Assembly: GCF_001194135.2 (NCBI RefSeq)
Contig: NC_068984.1
Span: forward strand, 7,719,042 to 7,755,953
Direction: 5' to 3'
DNA: 36,912 nt
From: Octopus bimaculoides
Lineage: Eukaryota
The position numbers and the translations under genes are program-made. The notes below the pieces were generated by a model. It had not been told where the DNA came from and did not search any database. It was given only the letters and a program-made list of their open reading frames with translations. The number at the start of each line of letters is the position of its first letter. Position 1 is the stretch's first letter. Of the stretch, positions 1-10,820 are shown in pieces.

Positions 1-35
<35 letters not shown>

Positions 36-48
36 CATACATATATAT

Positions 49-79
<31 letters not shown>

Positions 80-131
80 CATATATAAACATATGTATAT
101 ACATATAACGTATGTATGTATACATACATAT
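1..131. repeat. (TA)n/(TACA)n microsatellite
   Basis: Direct reading of the sequence. Confidence 0.97.
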
Positions 132-143
132 GTGGTGGGTGAA

Positions 144-271
144 GGCGCATGGCTCAGTGGTTAGAGCGTCGTGCTTACGATCGTGACGTTATGGGTTCGA
201 TTCCCGGACCGGGATGCGTGTTGTATTCTTGAGCAAGACACTTCATTTCACGTTGCTGTACTTCACTCAGC
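144..271 (+). mobile_element. tRNA-derived SINE head plus CORE-like block (family A), truncated
   Basis: Pol III A box TGGCTCAGTGG (150-160) and B box GGTTCGATTCC (194-204), followed by ttcttgagcaagacacttcatttcacgttgct, which recurs at about 7570 and about 29575. Confidence 0.88.
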
Positions 272-555
272 GTGGAGGCGCAATGGCCCAGCGGTTAGGG
301 CAGCGGACTCGCGGTCATAGGATCGCTGTTTCACCACAACTTTCTCTCACTCTTACTTCCTGTTTCTGTTGTGCCTGTAATTCAAAGGGTCAGCCTTGTC
401 ACACTGTGTCACGCTGAATATCCCCGTGAACTACGTTTAGAGTACACGTGTCTGTGGAGTGCTCAGCCACTTGCACGTTAATTTCACGAGCAGGCTGTTC
501 CGTTGATCGGATCGACTGGAATCCTCGACGTCGTAAGCGACGGAGTGCCAACAAA
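272..555 (+). mobile_element. Second, internally deleted SINE (family D-type head joined to family A body and tail)
   Basis: Head atggcccagcggttagggcagcggactcgcggtc matches the reverse complement of the 27256-27575 head. Body cacttgcacgttaatttcacgagcaggctgttccgttgatcggatc matches 7705-7750. Confidence 0.82.
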
Positions 556-1072
556 TTACATAGTAAGAAATGGAATTTTCAGTAACTAAAGTAAGAATAG
601 AAGATGTATTAAATTCCGGACATCCGAGCAGAGAAATGCTTGAAACAGTGATGATCCCCACCAAGGAGCATCTGCTGGTGTTCAACCGGGTGATGAGATA
701 AAATTACAATTCTTTAAGAAATTCTGCTAAAAATTTATATTTTCCAATAGAAATTATATTCCTCTTGTATTAGTCACCACCTTTTGGCATTCAAATAAAT
801 ACGATATTTTAATGTTTAGTGTCTTTGCGATAATTTTCTGACCTTCAACTAAATATGTCTGCCAATTAATCAATAACAAAACTAAAACTCATAAACCTGT
901 CGAAATTAATTCCAACAAACGTCTTTTACAGAAAATCGAAGATCCTGAAATATCTCCTAAGTAGTTTATCGACAATGTTTTTCTTATTCAAAACAAATCG
1001 CCCATTTCTCTTACGACGTCTGTATATGTCGATGTTTATGTATATATATATGTATATACATATATATATATA

Positions 1073-1115
<43 letters not shown>

Positions 1116-1580
1116 NNNNNNNNNNNNNNNNNNNNNNNNNNNNNNNNNNNNNNNNNNNNNNNNNNNNNNNNNNNNNNNNNNNNNNNNNNNNNNNNNNNNN
1201 NNNNNNNNNNNNNNNNNNNNNNNNNNNNNNNNNNNNNNNNNNNNNNNNNNNNNNNNNNNNNNNNNNNNNNNNNNNNNNNNNNNNNNNNNNNNNNNNNNNN
1301 NNNNNNNNNNNNNNNNNNNNNNNNNNNNNNNNNNNNNNNNNNNNNNNNNNNNNNNNNNNNNNNNNNNNNNNNNNNNNNNNNNNNNNNNNNNNNNNNNNNN
1401 NNNNNNNNNNNNNNNNNNNNNNNNNNNNNNNNNNNNNNNNNNNNNNNNNNNNNNNNNNNNNNNNNNNNNNNNNNNNNNNNNNNNNNNNNNNNNNNNNNNN
1501 NNNNNNNNNNNNNNNNNNNNNNNNNNNNNNNNNNNNNNNNNNNNNNNNNNNNNNNNNNNNNNNNNNNNNNNNNTGTGTGC

Positions 1581-1636
<56 letters not shown>

Positions 1637-2009
1637 GTGTGTGTGCATAATCTGATATGAATTTAAGTAGATATATAGACAGCAATAAAGAGGATTATAA
1701 ATTTGATTCTGGAAGCAATAAGATATTAAGTAAATAGCCTGCTCCACTCCCTCTCTGTCGCCATGGTTTAATGAATTTACATTTATATGTACATAGATAC
1801 ATGTGTGTATATACATATACGTTTATGCGTGTATACATATGTATATATATATATATATGTATATATATGTATGTATGCATATGTGTGTGTGTATGTATAC
1901 ATGTATGTGCGTATTCTGAGTTTGATTGCATACACGAATACACGAAATTGGAATCTCCCAACTTGTGTGATATTAAGACGGCCCTAATATTAGGCGTTTT
2001 CGAAACATG

Positions 2010-2045
<36 letters not shown>

Positions 2046-3113
2046 CCTATTTGTGCTGATTTGTATGTTTTCCTTTATGTATATATTCTCATGCATATAG
2101 CTACATATCTAGACATACTCATATATATATATATACTTATATATATATATATATATAAATATATATATATATANNNNNNNNNNNNNNNNNNNNNNNNNNN
2201 NNNNNNNNNNNNNNNNNNNNNNNNNNNNNNNNNNNNNNNNNNNNNNNNNNNNNNNNNNNNNNNNNNNNNNNNNNNNNNNNNNNNNNNNNNNNNNNNNNNN
2301 NNNNNNNNNNNNNNNNNNNNNNNNNNNNNNNNNNNNNNNNNNNNNNNNNNNNNNNNNNNNNNNNNNNNNNNNNNNNNNNNNNNNNNNNNNNNNNNNNNNN
2401 NNNNNNNNNNNNNNNNNNNNNNNNNNNNNNNNNNNNNNNNNNNNNNNNNNNNNNNNNNNNNNNNNNNNNNNNNNNNNNNNNNNNNNNNNNNNNNNNNNNN
2501 NNNNNNNNNNNNNNNNNNNNNNNNNNNNNNNNNNNNNNNNNNNNNNNNNNNNNNNNNNNNNNNNNNNNNNNNNNNNNNNNNNNNNNNNNNNNNNNNNNNN
2601 NNNNNNNNNNNNNNNNNNNNNNNNNNNNNNNNNNNNNNNNNNNNNNNNNNNNNNNNNNNNNNNNNNNNNNNNNNNNNNNNNNNNNNNNNNNNNNNNNNNN
2701 NNNNNNNNNNNNNNNNNNNNNNNNNNNNNNNNNNNNNNNNNNNNNNNNNNNNNNNNNNNNNNNNNNNNNNNNNNNNNNNNNNNNNNNNNNNNNNNNNNNN
2801 NNNNNNNNNNNNNNNNNNNNNNNNNNNNNNNNNNNNNNNNNNNNNNNNNNNNNNNNNNNAGGGGGATGGGAGGAGAGAGAGGGGGAGGGGAGGAGAGAGA
2901 GATTCTTACAAGTCTATTAAGACCACTCCTTGTCATTTTAAGAATACCACTGGTCCGATAGTATTAGATCGACATATTATCCCACCTGTTTGTTATAAGT
3001 TTAAGATTCTTTTGGCAGGTGTGGATTATATATTAAGATGTAATCTGTGAATATAAGGACAAAATTCTACCGGAACAGCAGTGATCTTATTATATATGCA
3101 TATATATATTTTA

Positions 3114-3198
3114 CATGTGATTAAAGGTTTGACTGACTGACGAGGGCACGTAGTGTGAAACTTCGAAGTCACTGTCAACTAAAAGTTTAATACACATG
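3114..3198 (+). ncRNA. Type I hammerhead ribozyme motif, partly decayed (Penelope-like minimal HHR)
   Basis: CTGACGA (3137-3143), weak stem II gcac/gtgt, GAAA (3157-3160), perfect palindromic stem III ACTTCGAAGT (3160-3169), GUC site (C3170). Stem I ttgactga/actgtcaa pairs 6 of 8 and extends by catgtg/cacatg and attaaa/tttaat. Confidence 0.68.
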
Positions 3199-3297
3199 GA
3201 CTCTGCTAACACTTCTGAGTAAACGTTCAGTTTAGCGTTATATTGTCTGCTATACATCGTGACTTGAAGACAAACATCAATTTATTTTGCATTTACG

Positions 3298-3328
<31 letters not shown>

Positions 3329-4500
3329 ATACGCTCATATGTGTCTGTATGTGTGTGTGTGTGCATGTGTGTAAGTATACATGTGTGTGTTTTCGTGTGT
3401 GGGCATGTATGGGTGGCAATGAATAAGTATATATGTGTTTAAGATTAGGTGCTCTGAAATCAAATATGACGTACGAACAAGATCGGACAGGATCCTACTT
3501 CTATGGCCGTAATATTTGCTTTCACCTCGTTTATTAAACAACTTTCATAATGATACAATAGAGACACACCTTCAACAAGATCTTTCCTTGTTCTGAACAA
3601 TAAACTGGTTTCAACTAGCCTGTGACAAAACGTGTCAGGAATCACAGCCATATCTCCCTCAAACAACAATAGTTAGTTTTAAATTGAAGGAAGTTCTTGT
3701 TGGACGATTCAGTCCTAAACACGCCATGTTAAGAAGTAAAAATGATGAATATATGATTTTAATAACAATAGAACCAGCTAAATTTCGTTTTTAGTGGCAT
3801 GTAAACATTGGGTTAGAAAAACTCTTTGTATAGGGAAGACCGAAGGCTGCCTGTGAGAACGGAGCCGTAACATCTGTAAATATTAAAGACGAATTATTCA
3901 CGTTCTCTCGAAGTTTCTTATGACTTAAATAAACATATATTTGTTATTACCATCGTTGATGCTGTAGTTGTATTTGTTGAACTCGTTGGCCCATTGTTAT
4001 AATTATGCCCTCCTAGTTGTTAGCCAACTGTCAAAATAATAAGTATTAATCCATATTTATTTGATTTGGAAAGCGGATTAATTTTCTTAATCTTCTCAAT
4101 CGTTTCTAATGAACATGCATGTTCATTTGGCTGCATCTTAATGCATTTGCCCAGGAGAACACTTGGAATACAGTAACGAAATTATTTCGTTAAGCTGCAA
4201 TTTAATTTAATTGAAAATAAATCGATAAATAATGCCAGCACGTATATGTCGGAACGGTTTGAAATGAAATATAATTTCCATACCTTCAGATAGCATAAGA
4301 AAACTAATTTTCTAAGATGAAGCACTATAGCTGATTAGACATTCTCTTAATTTTCATGTTGTCTCAATCAATTAAAATGAAGTGAAACATTCTTACTGTG
4401 CTACCTGTTGGTTTAGACCTACGTAACAATTTTCTCAAAGCATGCACCAGATTGATTTTCTGTAGTACCAACGCAGAGCTTTAATAGTTCACAACTATAA

Positions 4501-4720
4501 GGCGGCGAACTGGCAGAATCTCTAGCACGCCGGACAAAACACTTAGCGGCATTCCTCCATTTTTATGTTCGGAGCTCAAATTCCGCCAAGGTCGGCTTTT
4601 CACTCTTTCAGTCTTTCGCAGGTCGATAAAATAAATACCATATGGGTACTGGGATCGATGCAATCGATTTACTTTCTTTCTCCTCAAATTGCTGGCCTTG
4701 TGCCGAAACTTGAAACGAAT
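4501..4720 (+). mobile_element. SINE family C (Nin/Deu-domain-like), copy 1
   Basis: ggcggcgaactggcagaatc head and gtcgataaaataaatacc block. Homologous to 4736-4960 and 7187-7398. Confidence 0.85.
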
Positions 4721-4735
4721 ATAATCATTTTGTTA

Positions 4736-4960
4736 GGGTGTGCTGGCAGAATCGTTAGAACGCCGGGCAAAATGCTTAGCGGCGTTCCGTTCGTCTTTAC
4801 GTTCTGAGTTCAAATTCCACTGTAGTCGAATTTGCCTTTCATCCTTCCGGGGTCGATAAAGTAAGTATCAGTTGAGCACTGCAGTGGATTTAGTTGACTT
4901 ACCCCTACCCGAAAATTACCCTGAAATTGCTGGCCTTGTACCATAATTTGAAACCAATAT
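4736..4960 (+). mobile_element. SINE family C, copy 2 (tandem to copy 1)
   Basis: gctggcagaatcgttag ... gagttcaaattcc ... gcctttcatccttccggggtcgataaa. The last block resembles the Nin/Deu SINE domain core as recalled. Confidence 0.88.
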
Positions 4961-5055
4961 GCTGTCTTTATCAGAAGCGCCTTTGACTTTACAGTATTTA
5001 GCCAATCATTTCAAATATTTGGAGGTCACTAATTTGGGCGCAGGCCCAGCTGTAT

Positions 5056-5199
5056 GTCGATTATGCTGACCCTGGTGTATAACTGGTGCTTGTTTTATCG
5101 AAGCCCAAAGGTGAAGTCGACCGCGGGGCGGATATTGAACTGGAAGAAATATCGCTACGCATTTTGTTCGTATCACTAACGATTCTGCCAGCACGTCGC
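5056..5199 (-). mobile_element. SINE family C, diverged copy
   Basis: Reverse complement reads gctggcagaatcgttag ... ggtcgacttcacctttgggcttcgataaaacaagcaccag. Confidence 0.78.
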
Positions 5200-5601
5200 G
5201 ATATTGTTAAGTTATTTAATGATAATAGCCATGAAATCACTTATTTTGTTTTGTATTCGTTTTTTTCAGCAAAGATTCTTGATCTTGAATTCTGCCAGAT
5301 ATTGACAATGATTTCTATGGGGATAATTAGCATACAATAATTACAATTACAACGTCAGCTTTGATTAAGTTTATACAGCATTAATTTAAACGAAAGTATT
5401 TTGTAAAGATTTAAACTCTTAAAACATATCAATTACCAATGGAAATTGAAACTAAGCAGCGAATCATTTGATATTTTCTTTGTTTGATTTTTTTCAAGAA
5501 ACAATCAGTCACGGTCATAAAATTTTCATCGATTTACCAAATCTTCGGGACCAGAAATTTTTTTCCTGCCTTACAAGTTATTTCTTGACAAAGAAAATTA
5601 G

Positions 5602-5751
5602 AGGCGCACACGTGGAAAGTAGCTTGGTTCATAACCACATTGTTCAGGATTCAGTCCCACTACGTGCCACTGGTTGAAATATCTTCTGGCCGAACAGTGC
5701 CATCTGAAAGAATTTGCGATTTGGTAGACAGAAACTGACAGAATCCCGTCG

Positions 5752-5839
<88 letters not shown>

Positions 5840-5860
5840 TGTGTGTGTGTGAGTGTGTTT
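5602..5860 (+). mobile_element. SINE family B head and body running into (TA)n(TG)n
   Basis: aaccacat..ttcagtcccactacgtg and gatttggtagacagaaactga match 10658-10820. Confidence 0.75.
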
Positions 5861-6130
5861 TTATAGAAAATAAAGTAAATTTTGAACGCAGGATAGCAGT
5901 CAAAACAGCGTAGAAAAAAAGTTACCAGGAGGCAGCTATAGAGAATGGAGCCCTGTACTTCTCAGATACCGCTTAAGGTGGTATCTCAGCAAGATCGCTG
6001 TCCAATGACTGAAACAAGTAAAAAATAAAAATCCAGACTAATATAAATTGACTTCTTAAGATGTTTTTGCTGGTATCACAAAATTGTTTGACTTTTATTG
6101 AAACAAACATTTGTACAACTAACAGCTCGC

Positions 6131-6133
<3 letters not shown>

Positions 6134-6200
<67 letters not shown>

Positions 6201-6250
6201 AAGAGAGAGAGAGAGAGAGAGAGTGAGAGAAGTGAGATACAGAAAGAGAG
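6134..6250. repeat. (GA)n microsatellite
   Basis: Direct reading. Confidence 0.95.
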
Positions 6251-6859
6251 GAAAATAAAGCAAAAAAGAGAGATGGGAGGAGTGATGTCTTTATAGCACT
6301 TACTTCACTTATTCAATTTTAGGTCCTTCTTCTCGCTTTATAATTAAATAGAAAAGCTCTATAATCTCAAGTAAGAGGAAAATGCTAATAAATGACGGTC
6401 GTATATTTGTCGGGAGTATTACTGACGTTAGTGGAACGGCTTCAAATAGGAATAACATGTGGCCATTATATGACTATATTTTAGATGTTAACCAGGTCAT
6501 CGTTGTTGTTATTCTTGTTTATAGCCTAAGGAGTTCCAATATGACCATCACGTATTGTTTATCTACTACACGGTTGTTCAATGAATTTTTCCTGTTTGAT
6601 TTTTCTTGTTATTTATCCTTTTACCCCAAATAGACCCCAGTCAAGTAAATATGTAATTAAAGACTTTCCAGCGTGACCATCCTACATTAGTTATGATTTT
6701 CTTTTTATTTCCTCCAGCCCTACTAGCTTCGTCAGTGTATAAATGATCAAGAACACTACATCACCCATGAACGGAACGCCAGTCCATAGCTGAACTCAAG
6801 GCCAGCAATCCACCCCCTCCACCTAATCCTAATCCCTTGATGTGAGTCGAGGGTGTGGA

Positions 6860-7037
6860 TTAGGCAAAGCGATTACATCGATCCCAGTATTTGACTGATA
6901 TTCCTTTTTATTGACCCCGAAGAGGTGAAATACATAGTTGACTTTGATGACATTTGAACACAGAATGTAACCATCCGGAAGCAATGCCGCTAAGCATTTT
7001 GTTCGTCGCGCTAACGATTCTGCCAACTCACCACCTT
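6860..7037 (-). mobile_element. SINE family C copy
   Basis: Reverse complement begins aaggtggtgagttggcagaatcgttagcgcg and contains ggggtcaataaaaaggaatatcag and tactgggatcgatgtaatcg. Confidence 0.82.
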
Positions 7038-7186
7038 AAATTTTTTTTTATCTACGATTATATTATTCTTTTTCCATAAGAAGGATTTCTTTTCGGGATT
7101 TTTTTTCTTTAATCTCAGATCAAACCGGATCAAGTTTTTGTATGATTAAAGTACGTACAGTTGTGACTATTATGTCTTTTTAAAAA

Positions 7187-7398
7187 GGCGGTGAGCTGGC
7201 AGAGTCGTTAGCACGCTCAACGAAATGCTTAGAAGTATATCGCCCGTTGCTACGTTCCGAGTTCAAATTCCGCCGAGGTCGACTTTGCCTTTCATCCTTT
7301 CGGTGTCGATAAATTAAGTACCATTGAAATTCTAGAGTCGATGTAATCGACTAGTCCCCTCCCCCAAACTTCAGGTTTTGTGCTTATAATAGAAAGGA
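7187..7398 (+). mobile_element. SINE family C, near full-length copy
   Basis: ggcggtgagctggcagagtcgttagc, gagttcaaattccgccgaggtcgactttgcctttcatcctttcggtgtcgataaattaagtacc, tail tagaaagga. Confidence 0.9.
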
Positions 7399-7529
7399 TG
7401 ATATCTTCTTGAAATAACATCAACCCAGCTGTCTTTTTCCATTTTAAAACAACACAATGCGGTATAAGGGCGATTTGCCTTTTATTTCTTGAAGGATGAG
7501 GACGTTCTTTGGATATTTCAAACTGACAA

Positions 7530-7789
7530 GCGTGTGGCTAAGTGGTTGGGTTTTCGGCTCAAGATTCTTGTCTTTGAGCAAGACATTTCATTTCACGTTG
7601 CTCCAGCCCACCTGTAATACAAAAAACCGGCCTCGTGACATTCTGTGTCATGCTGAATCTCCCTGGAAACTACATTAATGGAACGCGTGTCTGCCGGTTG
7701 TTCAGTCACTTGCACGTTCATTTCACGACCTGGTTGTTCCGTTGATCGAATCAACTGGAACACTCGTCATCGCAACAGACACAACACCA
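7530..7789 (+). mobile_element. SINE family A copy (head partly deleted)
   Basis: CORE-like block tgagcaagacatttcatttcacgttgctccag and a body and tail homologous to 395-550. Confidence 0.82.
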
Positions 7790-8180
7790 GTTTTTCTTTT
7801 TTTACTCTTTCAAGCTAATCACGTAATCACGTGGATATAGCCATGTTTACTCTTGAACTCTCGTTTGAGATACGAGGCTGAGACAGAGACTAATGTTGAT
7901 AATCATCGCATTACTTACTCAATCGCTCTTATCATTGCATAAATAGATAATCTCATGCTTTTGTCTTCGTCAACATAATCAAGGGGAAATTTTAAACATT
8001 GCATCATTAATCAATGGTGACGTAATATCGATTATGTAAGGGTCCTTTTGTTGTTATGATTTGATCAGGGAATAAATAAGGATGGGTCCATGAATATTTC
8101 ATCAGGCGGCTTGCAAAATGGAGGCGGGGAAGAAAACATCACAACTTATTATTTATTTTATTGTACTTCGAGAAGGTTAA

Positions 8181-8324
8181 CAGGCGTGCATGTGTGATGG
8201 AAGCTTGCTTCCAAACCACATGATTCCGACTTCAGTCCCGTTGCATGGCACCTTGACTAACTTTCTTCTACTACAATAAAACCTTGTGAGTGGATTTGGT
8301 AGATGTAAACTGAAAGAAGCCCGT
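8181..8324 (+). mobile_element. SINE family B head and body, followed by (TA)n and a gap
   Basis: aaaccacatgattccgacttcagtcccgttgcatggcaccttg ... ccttgtgagtggatttggtagatgtaaactgaaagaagcccgt. Confidence 0.85.
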
Positions 8325-8325
8325 A

Positions 8326-8357
<32 letters not shown>

Positions 8358-8906
8358 NNNNNNNNNNNNNNNNNNNNNNNNNNNNNNNNNNNNNNNNNNN
8401 NNNNNNNNNNNNNNNNNNNNNNNNNNNNNNNNNNNNNNNNNNNNNNNNNNNNNNNNNNNNNNNNNNNNNNNNNNNNNNNNNNNNNNNNNNNNNNNNNNNN
8501 NNNNNNNNNNNNNNNNNNNNNNNNNNNNNNNNNNNNNNNNNNNNNNNNNNNNNNNNNNNNNNNNNNNNNNNNNNNNNNNNNNNNNNNNNNNNNNNNNNNN
8601 NNNNNNNNNNNNNNNNNNNNNNNNNNNNNNNNNNNNNNNNNNNNNNNNNNNNNNNNNNNNNNNNNNNNNNNNNNNNNNNNNNNNNNNNNNNNNNNNNNNN
8701 NNNNNNNNNNNNNNNNNNNNNNNNNNNNNNNNNNNNNNNNNNNNNNNNNNNNNNNNNNNNNNNNNNNNNNNNNNNNNNNNNNNNNNNNNNNNNNNNNNNN
8801 NNNNNNNNNNNNNNNNNNNNNNNNNNNNNNNNNNNNNNNNNNNNNNNNNNNNNNNNNNNNNNNNNNNNNNNNNNNNNNNNNNNNNNNNNNNNNNNNNNNN
8901 NNNNNN

Positions 8907-8961
<55 letters not shown>

Positions 8962-8963
<2 letters not shown>

Positions 8964-9296
8964 CGTGATGTATATTTGCCACCAACATGTGGCTAACCCT
9001 TAAGGGTTGATGCTATTGTCGCTAGTAGCCTCAGAAGACATCTCCTCGAGCTGGCTATTTACACACTATCTATGCCCTATCAGTATTTGCAAAAGCAAGT
9101 CATCGTTCGCATCTCCAGCGTGACGTGATACACACGGACCCGAGTTTCTGGGTGTCAACCCGTCATCAGCGTGTGCACCGGTTGGCAATGGGATATGGCT
9201 CTCAATGCAAATATATATAAATTTTTGCCAGTGACGAAAAGCCACTGGACTTGAAAAAGAGTTAGCCACATTTATGTGGCAAATATACTTCACGAT
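8962..9296. mobile_element. 335-bp unit bounded by 36-bp imperfect inverted repeats, containing a hammerhead ribozyme
   Basis: 8962-8997 versus the reverse complement of 9261-9296 matches at 32 of 36 positions. No clear TSD (AT dinucleotide on both sides at best). Confidence 0.7.
9127..9179 (-). ncRNA. Type I hammerhead ribozyme, near intact
   Basis: Minus strand reads cacacg-CTGATGA-cgggt tgac accca-GAAA-ctcggg-TC-cgtgtg. Stem I is 6 bp Watson-Crick (10 bp with G-U), the full catalytic core is present, stem II is gggt/accc, stem III is the quasi-palindrome ACTCGGGT. Predicted GUC cleavage between 9137 and 9136. Confidence 0.88.
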
Positions 9297-9374
9297 GTCG
9301 TGCAGCTACTGTTTATAACTCGCTCCGAGATTTATTATAGGTAAATATATACATATATATGATCGCATTTCTTT

Positions 9375-9456
<82 letters not shown>

Positions 9457-9899
9457 ATAAAGTATTTGCTCAATGTGTCACGCATTACGGATTGAATCCA
9501 GAATTATGTTGTTGAGAAGCATACATCTTTCCACACAGCCATGTCAGCGATTAGCGATATTATGTTTTTAGAATATCGTCTAAACTATAACATTAAATAT
9601 ATCGCGATATTCTTGAAAATAAATAACGAGAAGTTAACTCGGAAAACAAGACGAATAATTGATAAGTGCTTTGTAAATGATTGTTGAAAATAATATATTC
9701 TGTCAGAATTTTATAATAGAAGAACGAAAAATGGAGTAAAAGAAAAAAAAACCCAAGATATTTTGTCAAGAATCATTTGTAAAGTTTAATTTGTAAGTGT
9801 TTAATACAAATTCACGAATAATAGGCACTTTAGATAATGGATAAATAGTAAAATATATAACAAATATATAGCATAAGATTTATACGGAACGCAATCACA

Positions 9900-10460
9900 T
9901 CTACTTAATCAGATGCACTTAATTCCATATGGATGTGTGAGATACTTCCTGCCCCTGAAACCTGATATGGTTGTATAGATTATTTACGATGCTATCAGCA
10001 AGAAGGACTGCCCTGACATATACATCAAAGTCATGTCAGAACCAGCAGGTATTTAGATCTTTAAAAACAAAGAATAATGGTGGAACACCCCAATAAAAGC
10101 GTCAATTTGATGCAAGCATAACAGACCTGATATTGATCTGTGAAACAGGCAAAAATTGTTATTCATAGTTGTAGAGGTCAGCTGCCCAGCAGATGTGAAT
10201 GTACAATCAAAATCCATCGAAGTCAGAGCATTTAGGGTGAATTTATGCGGAAATTATAACTCTTGTACCCTGACTCATTTGTGACAATCATCAAAGATGC
10301 ATTAGGTTATGTACCAACAAATTAACACCAAAAAAAATAAATAGAAATATTCGGTTTCACGCTGAAAGAGTAAAAGATACTGATGCGGATTCACCAAATG
10401 CAATCTGTTAGTGACACAGTGAAGATATGTAAGACGTTGCACCAATTCTCCATGTGAGAT
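9900..10460 (+). mobile_element. Decayed RLE-type non-LTR retrotransposon 3' end (R4/Dong-like restriction-like endonuclease domain)
   Basis: One frame from about 9937 reads RYFLPLKPDMVV*IIYDAISKKDCP...NKE*WWNTPIKASI*CKHNRPDIDL*NRQKLLFIVVEVSCPADVN. After frameshifts: LLYPD, DALGYVPT, MQSVSDTVKICKTL. Contains the PD...E RLE motif, with many stops. Confidence 0.82.
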
Positions 10461-10657
10461 TCTTATATTAATAGATGCCCACACTTCGGTGTCTGCATCG
10501 ACAGTTCAACCAACACGCCAGCTCAACCACATATCTACGAATACAGGGAACTCTCTTAACTTAAAATGTCTTGTTACAGTGTTAGGGGCTAGCTTGAACC
10601 CTTTCAAGCTGAACTTAAATAACACTCTAACAAAAATTATACATACATAAATATATA

Positions 10658-10818
10658 GGCGCAGGAGTAGCTGTGTGGTATGTAGCTTGCTTACCAGCCA
10701 CATGATGCCGGGCTCAATCCCACTGCGTGGCACCTTAGGCAAGTGTCTTCTACTATAGCCTCGGACCGACCAAAGCCTTGTCAGTGGATTTGGTAGACGG
10801 AAACTGAAAGGAGCCCGT

Positions 10819-10820
<2 letters not shown>
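10658..10820 (+). mobile_element. SINE family B, best-preserved head and body, followed by (TA)n(TG)n and a gap
   Basis: ggcgcaggagtagctgtgtggt ... caatcccactgcgtggcaccttaggcaagtgtcttctactatagcctcgg ... gtggatttggtagacggaaactgaaag. Confidence 0.9.

Noticed and set aside
144-215. tRNA-like sequence (also at 7187, 10658, 27500-27575, 33905-33976)
   Set aside because: A and B boxes are present, but there is no complete cloverleaf and each runs into a SINE body, so these are SINE heads and not tRNA genes.
568-692. Open frame MEFSVTKVRIEDVLNSGHPSREMLETVMIPTKEHLLVFNRVMR with possible splice signals
   Set aside because: No recognisable homology and ambiguous splice sites. It cannot be supported without RNA-seq or a homology search.
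1965-2012. Hammerhead-like remnant (stem around palindrome cctaatattagg, then GAA-ACATGT-A)
   Set aside because: The CUGANGA core is absent (attaaga) and stem I does not pair.
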